From Myxococcota bacterium (GTDB taxonomy: Bacteria; Myxococcota_A; UBA9160; JAFDET01), in assembly GCA_028278065.1 (NCBI GenBank), contig JANQFA010000079.1:252-64251 (forward strand): 64,000 bases of DNA. Direction: 5' to 3'. Positions within the stretch are counted from its first letter, which is position 1. The number at the start of each line of letters is the position of its first letter. The notes under the pieces were generated by a model that saw only the letters and a list, made by a program, of their open reading frames with translations, was not told the origin of the DNA and searched no databases. A program made the translations under genes and the position numbers. This document shows positions 1 through 9,228 of the stretch, one piece after another.

Positions 1-415
1 CGGGGTCGAGCTCCACCTCGTCGAGGCCGCCCTGGATCCCCAGGGCCACGGGCGGCACCGGGAGGCCACGAAAGCGGATACCCCCGTCGATGCGGACCGT
101 CCCGTACTTCTCGCGGAAGCGGAACGTCGCGCGATCGAGGTGCACGACGACGAGCCCGCGCACCACCTGCTCGAGCGGGAGCTGCGACTCGAAGAGATCG
201 CGGGTGAGGCTCTCGTCGACGCCGACCATGAAGCGGTCCCGCGGAAGCAGGGAGCCCTGACGGGCTTCGGAGATCAGCTCCGCGAGCCCGCGGTTGCGGC
301 GCTCGAGCTCGGCCTTGCGAGCCCGGTAGAGCCCTTCCTCGTCGGACGGGCCGCAAGCCGCCGCGAGCGCCGCAGCGAGCGCGAGCTGGAGCAGTGCGGG
401 CCACCGGCCACGCAT
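1..415 (-). CDS. lipoprotein, N-terminal part only (gene runs off the left edge)
   Basis: Not in the supplied track because it is truncated. The reverse-strand ATG at 415-413 overlaps the TGA of the upstream gene (ATGA). Translation is MRGRWPALLQLALAAALAAACGPSDEEG..., a signal peptide plus lipobox, and stays open to position 1. Confidence 0.5.
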   Translation of the reverse strand, partial: MRGRWPALLQLALAAALAAACGPSDEEGLYRARKAELERRNRGLAELISEARQGSLLPRDRFMVGVDESLTRDLFESQLPLEQVVRGLVVVHLDRATFRFREKYGTVRIDGGIRFRGLPVPPVALGIQGGLDEVELDP

Positions 416-2097
416 CACGGCGCCAGCCGGTAGATCTGGACGTCGCTCTCGTCGACGTCTCCCGGAACCGCCAGGGTCGCCACGTGCTCGAAGCCCTCCA
501 CCGGCCCGCCGGAGCGGAAGCTCTCCGCGAGGCCCACGTTCAGGGTGCGGTAGTACCACTTCGCGGAGGGATTCTTCGCCTCACCGCGGTGGGTCCAGGC
601 GACCAGCGTCCAGCCCCCCTCGCGCATGAAGGTCACGAGGGAGGGGACGTCGCGCGCCTCGACCTTCGAGAAGTTCCGCAGCCGGTGCTTCTCGATCGGC
701 CGCAGGTGCTGGATGTGCTTCTTGCCGAGCAGGATGATCCTGTCCTCGGGAGCGGCGTTCTCGTGGAGCCAGCCGGCCAGCAGCCAGCTTCCGTAGTTCG
801 CATCGTGGATGTCCTTCAGTGCCGTCTTCTTGCGCGCCAGGCCGCTGGTGATGGTGGCGGACAGGAACGCCAGCAGCAGCGCGACGACGGCCAGCCGCGC
901 AGCCGATCCGGCCAGGGGGCGCAGCGCGAGGGCGGCCAGCGCCACGCACCCGAGCGCGTAGGCCGCGTCCAGGGCGGGCGGGAAGAGGTGCGCGCGGGTC
1001 TGCATGAAGGCGAGGCCGGCGGCGAGACACGCGAGCCAGCCGGCGACGGCGACCACCGCGAGCCCCGTGGCCCGCGGCCGGCGGGCCTCCAGGCGCTGCG
1101 AGACGAGCTCGCAGAGCCGAACCAGACCGTGGCCGCAGAAGAGCAGGGGGATCCAGAAGGTCGGGTAGACGTAGCGCGGCTTGTTGACGCCGAAGACCAC
1201 GACCACGCTGGCGGACACCACGAAGAAGGCCAGCATCAGGATCGACTCGCGTCGGAAGCGCCGCAGTCCGCTCGCGATGCCCAGCGCCAGCGGTACCGAG
1301 GTCGCCGTCAGCAGCGCGACGTTCAGGAGGGGATCGGGCGAGTAGAGGAAGGCGAAGTCCTCGCGCAGGAGACGCCAGTAGAAGCCGGGCGAGGGATGCC
1401 AGCCCATTCCCTCCATGAGCTCGAGATAGAAGCTCTGGCCGCTCCCGTACAGCGAGCCGAGCCCGGTCCAGACCAGGATCCCGCTCGCGGCGAGACCGGC
1501 GCGTACGCCGTGGTGCCAGAAGCGTCGATCCTCCTGCCAGTTCGCGAGGAAGAGGAGGGGGATCAGGGTGGCGGCCTCGGCGCGCCCGAGTCCCACGGCG
1601 AAGGCGGTCGCGTACTGCCAGGCCGATCGCCGCTGGTGCAGGACGAAGGTGAGGAGCACGAAGAAGCCGAGACTGGGCTCGACCAGGGGCTGCAGCCCCA
1701 TCGCGTGGAACTGCACGGTGGTGGAGAGGAGCAGCGGGACCAGCACGGCCCCCGGAGCGAAGCAGCGCCGCGCGTAGACGAAGAGGAGGCCGAGTGCGCC
1801 GAGCCCGAAGGCCGCGTTCAGGAGCAGGGCGGCGTGCATCCACGGCGCCTGCCCCGGCACGGCGGGAGCGACGAGCGCCATCAGGGCCGGAAAGGCGGGC
1901 AGGCGCTTGAAGCTGCGCGGGAGCTCGAGGGATCCGAGGCTCTGGGCGGTCAGCTCGAAGGAGTAGTAGTCGTTGTTGGGAAGGAGGAACGGATGGTACT
2001 GGAGCCCCCAGTAGAGGGCGGTCAGGATCAGCAGGGCGAGCAGTGCGCGCGTCTCGCGCCGCCCGGCCTCGGCGAGCCTGCGCGGGTCCAGGCTCAC
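415..2097 (-). CDS. polytopic membrane protein with C-terminal soluble domain; possible GT-C-type glycosyltransferase
   Basis: Frame of track ORF 415..2547. I place the start at the GTG at 2097-2095 (VSLDPRRLAEAG...), which overlaps the upstream stop as GTGA. Many hydrophobic segments are followed by a roughly 150 aa soluble tail. The function call is weak. Confidence 0.6.
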   Translation of the reverse strand: MSLDPRRLAEAGRRETRALLALLILTALYWGLQYHPFLLPNNDYYSFELTAQSLGSLELPRSFKRLPAFPALMALVAPAVPGQAPWMHAALLLNAAFGLGALGLLFVYARRCFAPGAVLVPLLLSTTVQFHAMGLQPLVEPSLGFFVLLTFVLHQRRSAWQYATAFAVGLGRAEAATLIPLLFLANWQEDRRFWHHGVRAGLAASGILVWTGLGSLYGSGQSFYLELMEGMGWHPSPGFYWRLLREDFAFLYSPDPLLNVALLTATSVPLALGIASGLRRFRRESILMLAFFVVSASVVVVFGVNKPRYVYPTFWIPLLFCGHGLVRLCELVSQRLEARRPRATGLAVVAVAGWLACLAAGLAFMQTRAHLFPPALDAAYALGCVALAALALRPLAGSAARLAVVALLLAFLSATITSGLARKKTALKDIHDANYGSWLLAGWLHENAAPEDRIILLGKKHIQHLRPIEKHRLRNFSKVEARDVPSLVTFMREGGWTLVAWTHRGEAKNPSAKWYYRTLNVGLAESFRSGGPVEGFEHVATLAVPGDVDESDVQIYRLAP

Positions 2098-2573
2098 GAG
2101 AACTCGAGCCCGCAGTCGGCGCAGGCGACCGCGTCGGCGTCGAGCGGCGTGCCGCACGCCGGACAGGCGTCCTCCTCCCCCTCCTCCAGGAGGGGGGCCT
2201 CCTCCGGGAGGAGGCGCGCGGCCATGGTGCCGTCCAGCTCGCGGGCGCCGGCCGCATCCTCTTCGCGGACGTACAGACCGAAGAGGGCCACCGCGCCGAA
2301 CACGTCGGGTCGCTGGTCGCCGGGCGCGTCGTCGGCGCTGGCGGGCTCGATGCGGTGGGCCACGCCGTCCTGTTCGAGGGCCGCGGAGAGGGCCCGCATC
2401 CAGGCCAGGGGAGCCACCCGGATGCAGGTCAGCTCGGCCGCCGGCGGGAAGCTCTCGGCGGCTTCCGTGACCAGCGCATCCGGAGAGACGAGGTCCACGC
2501 GACAGTCGACGCAGCGGGTCGCGGTCAGGTTGTACTCGACCCGGCACTCCGGGCAGACCTGGTACTGGGACAT
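2094..2573 (-). CDS. small zinc-ribbon protein (two CxxC pairs at each end)
   Basis: C-terminal 159 aa of track ORF 2094..3227. ATG at 2573-2571. Sequence MSQYQVCPECRVEYNLTATRCVDCRV...CPACGTPLDADAVACADCGLEFS. Confidence 0.7.
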   Translation of the reverse strand: MSQYQVCPECRVEYNLTATRCVDCRVDLVSPDALVTEAAESFPPAAELTCIRVAPLAWMRALSAALEQDGVAHRIEPASADDAPGDQRPDVFGAVALFGLYVREEDAAGARELDGTMAARLLPEEAPLLEEGEEDACPACGTPLDADAVACADCGLEFS

Positions 2574-2590
2574 CTCGGATCGCTCCTCCC

Positions 2591-3580
2591 TCAGGCCTGG
2601 ATCCGGTAGTCGGAGATCTGGATCTCGTCCCCGTAGTCGGCGAAGTCGCCGGCAGAGCGCTGGTCGCGGAAGTGCGCCCACGAGATCGGCCGGTAGTGCG
2701 AGCCTTCGCCCGGTGCGAGGATCTCCGGAAGCGGCGCGTAGACCGCGTCGTAGCCGGGATTCAGGAAGAACGGAGCGCTGTAGCGCGACCGCTCGGCACT
2801 GGCCACGACCCGGTGGAGGGGCGCCACGAAGCGATCGTTGCTGCAGACCTGCAGCATGTCGCCCAGGTTGACGGTGAGGGCCCCCGGCACGGGTTCGATC
2901 AGCTCGAAGCGATCGCCGATCCATGCCTGCAGTCCGGCGACTTCGTCCTGCTGGACCAGGGTCAGCGCACCGGCGTCGGTGTGGTGGTGCACCCCGAGCG
3001 CGCCCTGCTCGGGGAAGAGGGGGGCGTCCCCGGGCGCCGCATCCGGACATGGCGCGTAGTGGTTGAGGCGCACGAAGCTCGTGTGTCGCGCGAAGGCAGG
3101 AGTCAGCGCGTCCGGATCGGCTCCCAGACTGGCGCAGAGCGCCCGGAGCAGGGCCAGGCCGATGCGCTCGCAGTGGTCGAAGTGGGCGAGGAGGATCTCG
3201 CGGAAGGCGGGATGCCCCAGCGGCCACTGGTTCAGACCGTCGCTGTGCCCGGTTCGAGGATCGCCGGGAGGATGGTCGGCGCCGTAGTCGTACACCTCCT
3301 TCCAGTCACGCCGGTTCTTGGTCAGCTCCTCGTCGTAGAAGCCTCGCGCGTTCGAGCGGGTGCGGACCACACGCTGCTTGACGGGCCGGGGCTGGCCGAA
3401 GAAGCTGCGCATCGCGCCGTCGAAGGCCTCGAGGTGCCGGCTCGGGATCCCGTGGCCGATCACGTGGAAGACCCCGGCCTCGCGGCAGGGGGCTTCCACC
3501 TCGCGGGCCACGCGTTCGAGCGCCCCCGGAGCGCGGTCGGCGAGGCCGGAGCAGTCGATCACTGCAGGCGCGTAGGACAC
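2591..3580 (-). CDS. 2-oxoglutarate/Fe(II)-dependent oxygenase (isopenicillin-N-synthase-like family)
   Basis: 329 aa ORF. Typical family layout with HHHTD...H facial-triad context (GVHHHTDAGALTLV, APLHRV) and RYSAPFF. Confidence 0.9.
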   Translation of the reverse strand: MSYAPAVIDCSGLADRAPGALERVAREVEAPCREAGVFHVIGHGIPSRHLEAFDGAMRSFFGQPRPVKQRVVRTRSNARGFYDEELTKNRRDWKEVYDYGADHPPGDPRTGHSDGLNQWPLGHPAFREILLAHFDHCERIGLALLRALCASLGADPDALTPAFARHTSFVRLNHYAPCPDAAPGDAPLFPEQGALGVHHHTDAGALTLVQQDEVAGLQAWIGDRFELIEPVPGALTVNLGDMLQVCSNDRFVAPLHRVVASAERSRYSAPFFLNPGYDAVYAPLPEILAPGEGSHYRPISWAHFRDQRSAGDFADYGDEIQISDYRIQA

Positions 3581-3614
3581 GCGCGGACCTTAGCAGCCGG
3601 CCCCTGCGGGCCGC

Positions 3615-3630
3615 TGGCACCCCTTTTTCG
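3615..3630 (+). promoter_or_regulatory. weak candidate sigma-54 (-24/-12) promoter
   Basis: TGGCACCCCTTTTTCG compared with consensus TGGCACG-N4-TTGCW. The GG is present, but the -12 element reads TTTC instead of TTGC. It lies about 85 nt upstream of the 3711 ATG. Confidence 0.2.
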
Positions 3631-3710
3631 GCGGCTCCGCGCAACCGATCGCCGCGGCCCGGGTTGGACCTCCCGAACGCGGCCGGAAGCGCCGCAGGGA
3701 GGATTCACAG

Positions 3711-4370
3711 ATGCGCAAGTCGATGCGGATGATCCTGGGGGTGGGGCTGGCCGTCGCCGTGGCCGGCGCGGCGCCGGCGGCGCGTGCCGGCCAGCACGGC
3801 GCCTGTGCGGTGCTGGACTCGCCGTTCGCGCTCTCCGAGATCGTGGAGGCGGCCGTGGCCATCGAGCCGGGGACGCCGATCAAGGCGGGCTTCACCGTGC
3901 AGCCCACGGGTGCCGGGGAGCCGGAGACGCTCTTCAAGGTGAAGCTGCGCAAGGAGGACGGGGGCAAGGCGCTGCTCTTCTTCGACACGGACACGGCCCA
4001 GCAGGTGGTGCCCGTCGAGCCGCAGCTCTCGCTTCTCGAGGCCTACGGCCTGGCGCTGGATGCCGTGGAGGAGGCGGCAGGTGAGGAAGGTGCGGTCGTG
4101 CTGCGCGGCAGGCTGCGCCACCGGGTCTTCGTCCCCAACTGGTGGTTCGCCGTCGTCGCTCCCGACGCCAAGCTCGTCTTCGCGCGCGTGGACGCGGTGG
4201 ACGGCGACGTGATCCTGCTGACCCCGAAGCAGGCCGCCCGGATCCTCGCGAAGCACAAGATCCACAAGAAGAAGCGGATCTACCGCCACGTGTCCGGCAA
4301 GCCCTTCCGCTGCGACGCCCTCGACGAGGACGACGACGTGGAGGACGACGACCTGATCTCGCTGGACTGA
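3711..4370 (+). CDS. secreted hypothetical protein with basic then acidic C-terminal tail
   Basis: 219 aa ORF with signal peptide MRKSMRMILGVGLAVAVAGAAPAARA. I recognise no family. Confidence 0.6.
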   Translation: MRKSMRMILGVGLAVAVAGAAPAARAGQHGACAVLDSPFALSEIVEAAVAIEPGTPIKAGFTVQPTGAGEPETLFKVKLRKEDGGKALLFFDTDTAQQVVPVEPQLSLLEAYGLALDAVEEAAGEEGAVVLRGRLRHRVFVPNWWFAVVAPDAKLVFARVDAVDGDVILLTPKQAARILAKHKIHKKKRIYRHVSGKPFRCDALDEDDDVEDDDLISLD

Positions 4371-4421
4371 GCGCGCACGGCGCGGGGATGGGGCGGGGCG
4401 GCGGAAACGCCGTCCCGCCTC

Positions 4422-4563
4422 GACGTGCCGGCGCCAGCTTCCGGCGGCGGGTGACGACGTGCCGGGGCCAGCTTCCGGCGAGGCGGACGAGGACGTGCCG
4501 GGGCCAGCTTCCGGCGAGGCGGGCGACGCCGTGCCAGGGCTAGCTTCCGGCGAGGCGGGCGAC
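4422..4563. repeat. tandem repeat, 4 units (34/36/36/36 bp) including the 3' end of the LLM oxidoreductase gene
   Basis: The motif GACGTGCC / GCCGTGCC recurs at 4422, 4456, 4492 and 4528. The last unit holds the real stop (CTA at 4540-4542 on the plus strand). Confidence 0.9.
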
Positions 4564-5511
4564 GACCGGTGCGAAGGCGTCGATCGCGCTGTCCGGCACG
4601 GTGACGTAGGAGATGCCGTACAGCTCGCGTCGACGGCACAGCTCGTCGCTGACCGCGTCCACGCTCCCGAAGAGGCCGTGGGGATGCGCTCGCATCTCCG
4701 GCACCGAGAGCCCGAACGCGGCCGCCATGCCCTCGGCCGCCGCATCGCCCGCCGGTCCCACGAAGGTGAAGTACGCACCGATCTCGAGCTCGAGCTCGGC
4801 GAAGCGCGGGCCGGCTGCATGCCGGACCCAGCCGACCTTCTCCTGCGTCGCGTCGGCCGTGCCGCTCAGGATGCCATCCGCCCCGAGGACCCCGGAGCGG
4901 TTGTTGAAGTTGAAGCTCACGATGTCGGCCTCCCGTGCGGCCAGGCTGAGGACCCGGCGTCCGCCGCCTCCGATCATGAGGGGTGGACAGGGACGCTGTA
5001 CGGGAAGGGGACGCCCCGCGTAGCCGTGCACCGAGACGTGCGGCCCCTCCCAGTCGAGGGGCTCGCCTGACATGTGCGCGCGGACGAACCCCACCACGTC
5101 CGCGAGGCGCTCGATCCGCTCGCCGGGGGAATCGAACTCCGCACCGATGGCGTCGTATTCGGCCCGCAGCCACCCCGCGCCGAGACCCAGCTCCAGGCGT
5201 CCCTCGGACAGCAGATCGAGGGTGGCGGCCTCCTTGGCCAGCAGCGCGGGGCGGCGGTAGTCGATGCAGAACACGCGACAGCCGACGCGCAGGGTGGTGG
5301 TCGCCTCCGCTGCCATCGCGATCGCGGGAACGGCAGCCAGGTCCTGCACGGGATGCTGGGTGGCGTCGGCCACCTCGCCGGGCCCCGCCAGATGGTCCGC
5401 GAGATGCAGAGCGGAGTAGCCGAGGTCCTCGACCCGACGGGCCCGCTCACGCCACTCCGCGGCAGAGGAGGCGGAGAAGGACTGGACCGCGAAGCGGAAG
5501 GCTCTCGGCAT
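4540..5511 (-). CDS. luciferase-like monooxygenase (LLM) class flavin/F420-dependent oxidoreductase
   Basis: Track ORF 4540..5622 trimmed to the ATG at 5511 (MPRAFRFAVQSF...). TIM-barrel LLM-like sequence (LGYSALHLADH, LELGLGAGW). Confidence 0.85.
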   Translation of the reverse strand: MPRAFRFAVQSFSASSAAEWRERARRVEDLGYSALHLADHLAGPGEVADATQHPVQDLAAVPAIAMAAEATTTLRVGCRVFCIDYRRPALLAKEAATLDLLSEGRLELGLGAGWLRAEYDAIGAEFDSPGERIERLADVVGFVRAHMSGEPLDWEGPHVSVHGYAGRPLPVQRPCPPLMIGGGGRRVLSLAAREADIVSFNFNNRSGVLGADGILSGTADATQEKVGWVRHAAGPRFAELELEIGAYFTFVGPAGDAAAEGMAAAFGLSVPEMRAHPHGLFGSVDAVSDELCRRRELYGISYVTVPDSAIDAFAPVVARLAGS

Positions 5512-5519
5512 CGGCCGGC

Positions 5520-6971
5520 CTACGTGTCGAGCAGCCCGCGCGCCTCGAGGGCCTCGAGGAGGACGCCCTGGCGGAGGCCCCAGTCGCAGATGGTGAGCTC
5601 TTCCACGCCGAGCGCGTCGCACACGGTGGACAGGACGACGGCCCCGGTCGGCAGGAGGTCGGCCCGGCGTCGGCGCACACCGCGCATGCGGAGCCGCTCG
5701 TCATGGCTGGAGGCGACCAGGCGCTGGGTGAGCTCGTGCAGCTCGTCGCGCGACAGAACCGGGGCCTTCCCGTTGGCCACGGCGTCTCCGCGCGCCTCGG
5801 TGATCAGACGACCCAGCGCCCGTACCGTGCCGCCGGTCGCGATGGCGCGGTCGTTGGCCAGCCCGGCCCGGTGCGGCACCAGCTGCTCGAGGACGCGCGA
5901 GCGGATCGCCTCCACCTCGTATTGCTTCATGGGGTCGTGGGCCACGATTTCCCCGTGGAGACGCACCGCGCCCAGAGAGAGGGTGGTCTCGTGGGCCAGC
6001 TCGCGCGAGCAGCCGAGCGCCAGCTCCAGGCTTCCCCCGCCCAGGTCCATGCCCAGCACCGGGGAGTCGCCCAGGTCCAGGCGCCGGCGCAGGGCGCGGA
6101 AGAGCATGCGCGCCTCCTCTTCGCCGGAGAGCACGCGGACGGGCTCGCCCACGGCTTCGCCGATCTCGCTGGCCACGGACGCACCGTTGTCGGCCTCACG
6201 GACCGCTGCGGTCGCCACGGGGAGGAAGAGCTGCGCCTTCTCCTGAACGGCGAGGGCGTGGAGCTGCTTCGCCACGGAGACCGCGCGGCGGCGCACCTCC
6301 TTGGGGATCTTGGAGCGCGAGGCGATCACGGCACCCAGGCGCAGCATGACCTTCTCGCCCAGCACGGGCAGGATCTCGCCCTGCCACGTCACGTCGGCGA
6401 TGAGCAGCGTGAACGAAGTGCTGCCCATGTCCAGGACGGCGACGCGCATGCTGAGCGGGCGCTCGAGCTGCTGCCCGGGGGAGTAGCGGACCGTGTCCTT
6501 GCGCCGGGCGCGGCGCACGGGCTCGAAGTAGCGCGCCCGGGTGGGCGTGAAGCCGCGCCCCTCGAGCACCCAGACCGATCCCTTGCGGCAGGGAACCGGT
6601 TCATCGCGCCCGGGCTCGACCAGCTCGAGCACCCTCAGCAGGTTCTCGACGACCGCGCCGTGCGTGCAGAGTAGGGTCGGGCGCTCCTCGCGCTTCGGGA
6701 GCAGCTCGAGGAGGCGCGCGACGTCCTCGCCCTCGGAGAGCCGTTCGTCCACCTCGACACCGACCCCGGCCGACACACCGGTGGGTTCGGCCGTCTGCTG
6801 ACAGCGGACCGACGGAGCGCACAGGATGCGGCCGGGCGGGTCGTCGGCCAGGTGCTGTGCCAACGCGTCCGCCTCGACCGCGCCGCGCTCGGAGAGGGGA
6901 CGGAGCAGGTCGTCACCGTCCCAGTCGCCCCGAGGTACGGCCCGGGCGTGCCGGACCAGGTACAGCTTCAA
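5520..6971 (-). CDS. fusion protein: histidine phosphatase (SixA-like) domain + Ppx/GppA exopolyphosphatase domain
   Basis: 483 aa. The N-terminus MKLYLVRHARAV...CTHGAVV carries the RH and HG motifs of the histidine phosphatase superfamily. From about residue 175, RVAVLDMGSTSFTLLIA...GMDLGGGSLEL matches an ASKHA Ppx/GppA fold. TTG start with upstream GGGGGAGGA. Confidence 0.85.
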   Translation of the reverse strand: MKLYLVRHARAVPRGDWDGDDLLRPLSERGAVEADALAQHLADDPPGRILCAPSVRCQQTAEPTGVSAGVGVEVDERLSEGEDVARLLELLPKREERPTLLCTHGAVVENLLRVLELVEPGRDEPVPCRKGSVWVLEGRGFTPTRARYFEPVRRARRKDTVRYSPGQQLERPLSMRVAVLDMGSTSFTLLIADVTWQGEILPVLGEKVMLRLGAVIASRSKIPKEVRRRAVSVAKQLHALAVQEKAQLFLPVATAAVREADNGASVASEIGEAVGEPVRVLSGEEEARMLFRALRRRLDLGDSPVLGMDLGGGSLELALGCSRELAHETTLSLGAVRLHGEIVAHDPMKQYEVEAIRSRVLEQLVPHRAGLANDRAIATGGTVRALGRLITEARGDAVANGKAPVLSRDELHELTQRLVASSHDERLRMRGVRRRRADLLPTGAVVLSTVCDALGVEELTICDWGLRQGVLLEALEARGLLDT

Positions 6972-7056
6972 CGCAGAGTCCTCCCCCGGACGCCGGGCGC
7001 ACCGGGATCACAGCATTCGGGGGGTCCGCTCATCATACAGTATCCAACAGTCCCCG

Positions 7057-9150
7057 TTAGTCGTTTCGGACGCGCTTGCGCGCCAGTCGCTGCAGCTCTT
7101 CCTGCGAGCTGAGCCCCTTGGTGGACGGAACCTTCGTCCAAGTCCGATCGTCGAGCTCCCACGCCAGGGCATCGTCGGTCAGCAGCAGGGTCAGGACCTC
7201 CTCGACACGCGCCTGGATGCCGGGATCCTCGACGGGCGCCAGCAGCTCGACCCGCCGATCGAGGTTGCGCGGCATCATGTCCGCCGACCCGATCAGGTAC
7301 TCGTGGCCCCGCTCCGGCGTGCCGAATCGGAATACCCGCGAGTGCTCCAGGAACGGGCCGACCACCGAGCGCACTCGGATGTTCTCCGACAGACCGGGCA
7401 CGCCGGGGCGCAGGCAGCAGATGGAGCGCGTGATGAGGTCGACCCGGACGCCGGCCTGGGACGCCTCGTAGAGCGCGTCGATGAGGCGCGGGTCGGAGAG
7501 GTTGTTGACCTTCATCACGATGTGGCCGTCACCGGACTCGATCTCATCCCGGATGCGCTCCTCGAGCCCGCGGCGCAGTCCCACGGGCGCCACCAGAGCC
7601 TTGTTGTAGGTCTGCTCGTGGCTGAAGCCGGTGAGATGGTTGAAGAGCTCGGTGAGGTCGGTGCCCAGCTCGGGGTCCGCCGTGAAGATGCCCAGGTCCT
7701 CGTAGAGGCGCGCCGTCACCGGGTTGTAGTTCCCCGTGCCGATGTGGCAGTAGCGGCGGATCCCGTCGCGCTCCTGGCGCACGACCAGCACGATCTTGGC
7801 GTGGGTCTTGAGGCCCACGAGGCCATAGACCACGTGGACTCCGGCTTGCTCCAGCTTCTTCGCCCAGTCGATGTTGGTCTGCTCGTCGAAGCGCGCCTTC
7901 AGCTCGACCAGGGTCACGACCTGCTTGCCCGCCTCCGCGGCGCGCACCAGCGAGCGGCCGATGGGGTTCGCCGCAGGGCCCGAGGTGCGGTAGATGGTGT
8001 GCTTGATGGTCAGCACCGCCGGGTCGGCTGCGGCGTTGGCGAGGAAGCGCTCCACGGAGCTGTCGAAGGCGTCGTACGGGTGGTGAACGAGCACGTCGCC
8101 CTCGCGGATCATCGAGAAGACCGCGCCCGGCTCGGCATCGTCCGGGAGACTGGCGAAGTGGGGCTCGGGCCGCGGCTGCCACGAGGGGTCCTTGAGGTCG
8201 GGCCGGTCGAGGCGGTAGATCTCCCACAGATCGCCCAGGTCGAGCGGAGTCTCGCGGACGTACAGGTCCTCCTCGTCGAGCTCGAGCTCCTCGAGGAGGA
8301 GGTCGCGCGAGTGCCGGGACATGCCGGCGTCCACCTCGAGGCGGACGGCGTCCGAGAGGCGTCTCTGCCGCTGGAGCTCGGACTCGATGGCGACCATCAG
8401 GTCGTCCGCCTCGGTCTCCTCGATGTCGAGGTCGGCGTCCCGGGTCACCCGGAAGAAGGAGTGCGAGTCGATCTCCATGCCGGGGAAGAGGCGATCGAGG
8501 TGCGCCGCGATGACCTGCTCGACGGGAACCAGGCGCTCCCGGTCGGGGAGCGGCACGAAGCGGGCCTGGAACTGCGGGACCTTGATCCGCGCGAAGCGGA
8601 TCACCGAGCTGTGGGGGTCCCGGACCATCACGCCCAGGTTGAAGGAGAGATTGGAGACGTACGGGAACGGATGCGCCGGATCGACGGCGAGGGGCGTCAG
8701 CACGGGGAAGATCTGCTCGTCGAAGAAGCTGCCCAGGCCGGCGCGGTCGGCCGGACCGAGCTCGTCCCAGCTGCACAGCACGATGCCGGCCTCGGCCAGC
8801 GCCGGGCACAGCTCCTTGCGGAAGAGGGACTGCTCGCGGGCGCTCAGGAAGAGCACGCGCTCGCGGATCGCTTCGAGCTGGGCCTCCGGGCTCTTGCCGT
8901 CCGGGGTGCGGCGGCCGAGGCCGGTCTCGAGCTCGGCGTGGAAGAGGGCCACCCGGACCTGGAAGAACTCGTCCAGATTCGTGTTGAAGATCGCCAGGAA
9001 CTTGACGCGCTCGAGGAGGGCCCGGCCCGGATCCTCCGCCAGGGCGAGGACGCGGGCGTTGAAGTCGAGCCACGACAGGTCGCGGTTCAGATAGCGACCG
9101 GAGGGATCGGCGAGTCCCCCCGCGGGTGCGCGCGCGCTCGACACGGCCAT
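7057..9150 (-). CDS. ppk1: polyphosphate kinase 1
   Basis: 697 aa. The N-terminus YLNRDLSWLDFNARVL and the overall PPK1 architecture, including the two PLD-like C-terminal domains, are recognisable. Confidence 0.95.
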   Translation of the reverse strand: MAVSSARAPAGGLADPSGRYLNRDLSWLDFNARVLALAEDPGRALLERVKFLAIFNTNLDEFFQVRVALFHAELETGLGRRTPDGKSPEAQLEAIRERVLFLSAREQSLFRKELCPALAEAGIVLCSWDELGPADRAGLGSFFDEQIFPVLTPLAVDPAHPFPYVSNLSFNLGVMVRDPHSSVIRFARIKVPQFQARFVPLPDRERLVPVEQVIAAHLDRLFPGMEIDSHSFFRVTRDADLDIEETEADDLMVAIESELQRQRRLSDAVRLEVDAGMSRHSRDLLLEELELDEEDLYVRETPLDLGDLWEIYRLDRPDLKDPSWQPRPEPHFASLPDDAEPGAVFSMIREGDVLVHHPYDAFDSSVERFLANAAADPAVLTIKHTIYRTSGPAANPIGRSLVRAAEAGKQVVTLVELKARFDEQTNIDWAKKLEQAGVHVVYGLVGLKTHAKIVLVVRQERDGIRRYCHIGTGNYNPVTARLYEDLGIFTADPELGTDLTELFNHLTGFSHEQTYNKALVAPVGLRRGLEERIRDEIESGDGHIVMKVNNLSDPRLIDALYEASQAGVRVDLITRSICCLRPGVPGLSENIRVRSVVGPFLEHSRVFRFGTPERGHEYLIGSADMMPRNLDRRVELLAPVEDPGIQARVEEVLTLLLTDDALAWELDDRTWTKVPSTKGLSSQEELQRLARKRVRND

Positions 9151-9228
9151 ACCGGATTCTAGCGGCTGCCTGGGAGGCCCCCTGAAGGCCGCGAGGCCGG
9201 ACTGGGAAGATCGCGTGACGGTCCGATG

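Noticed and set aside
394-2871. 825-aa plus-strand ORF, and similar very long ORFs (6826..9162 +, 9226..10896 +, 11302..13431 +, 18008..20473 +, 26294..28876 +, 42885..44540 +, 59895..61757 +)
   Set aside because: These run antisense to, or in an alternate frame of, genes with clear family signatures (membrane protein, ppk1, CHAD, PQQ dehydrogenase, mutL, slt, DUF3604, glpD). Their translations are Arg/Ala/Gly/Pro-rich low-complexity sequence, typical of off-frame reading in very GC-rich DNA.
4459-5070. Plus-strand ORF translating the 36-bp repeats as MPGPASGEADEDVPGPASGEAGDAVPG...
   Set aside because: It continues antisense through the well-supported LLM oxidoreductase gene. The repeat-encoded peptide is a by-product of the array.
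4540-5511. Asserting F420 dependence and thereby an actinobacterial origin
   Set aside because: LLM-family cofactor usage (FMN or F420) cannot be decided by eye, and the other genes point away from Actinobacteria.
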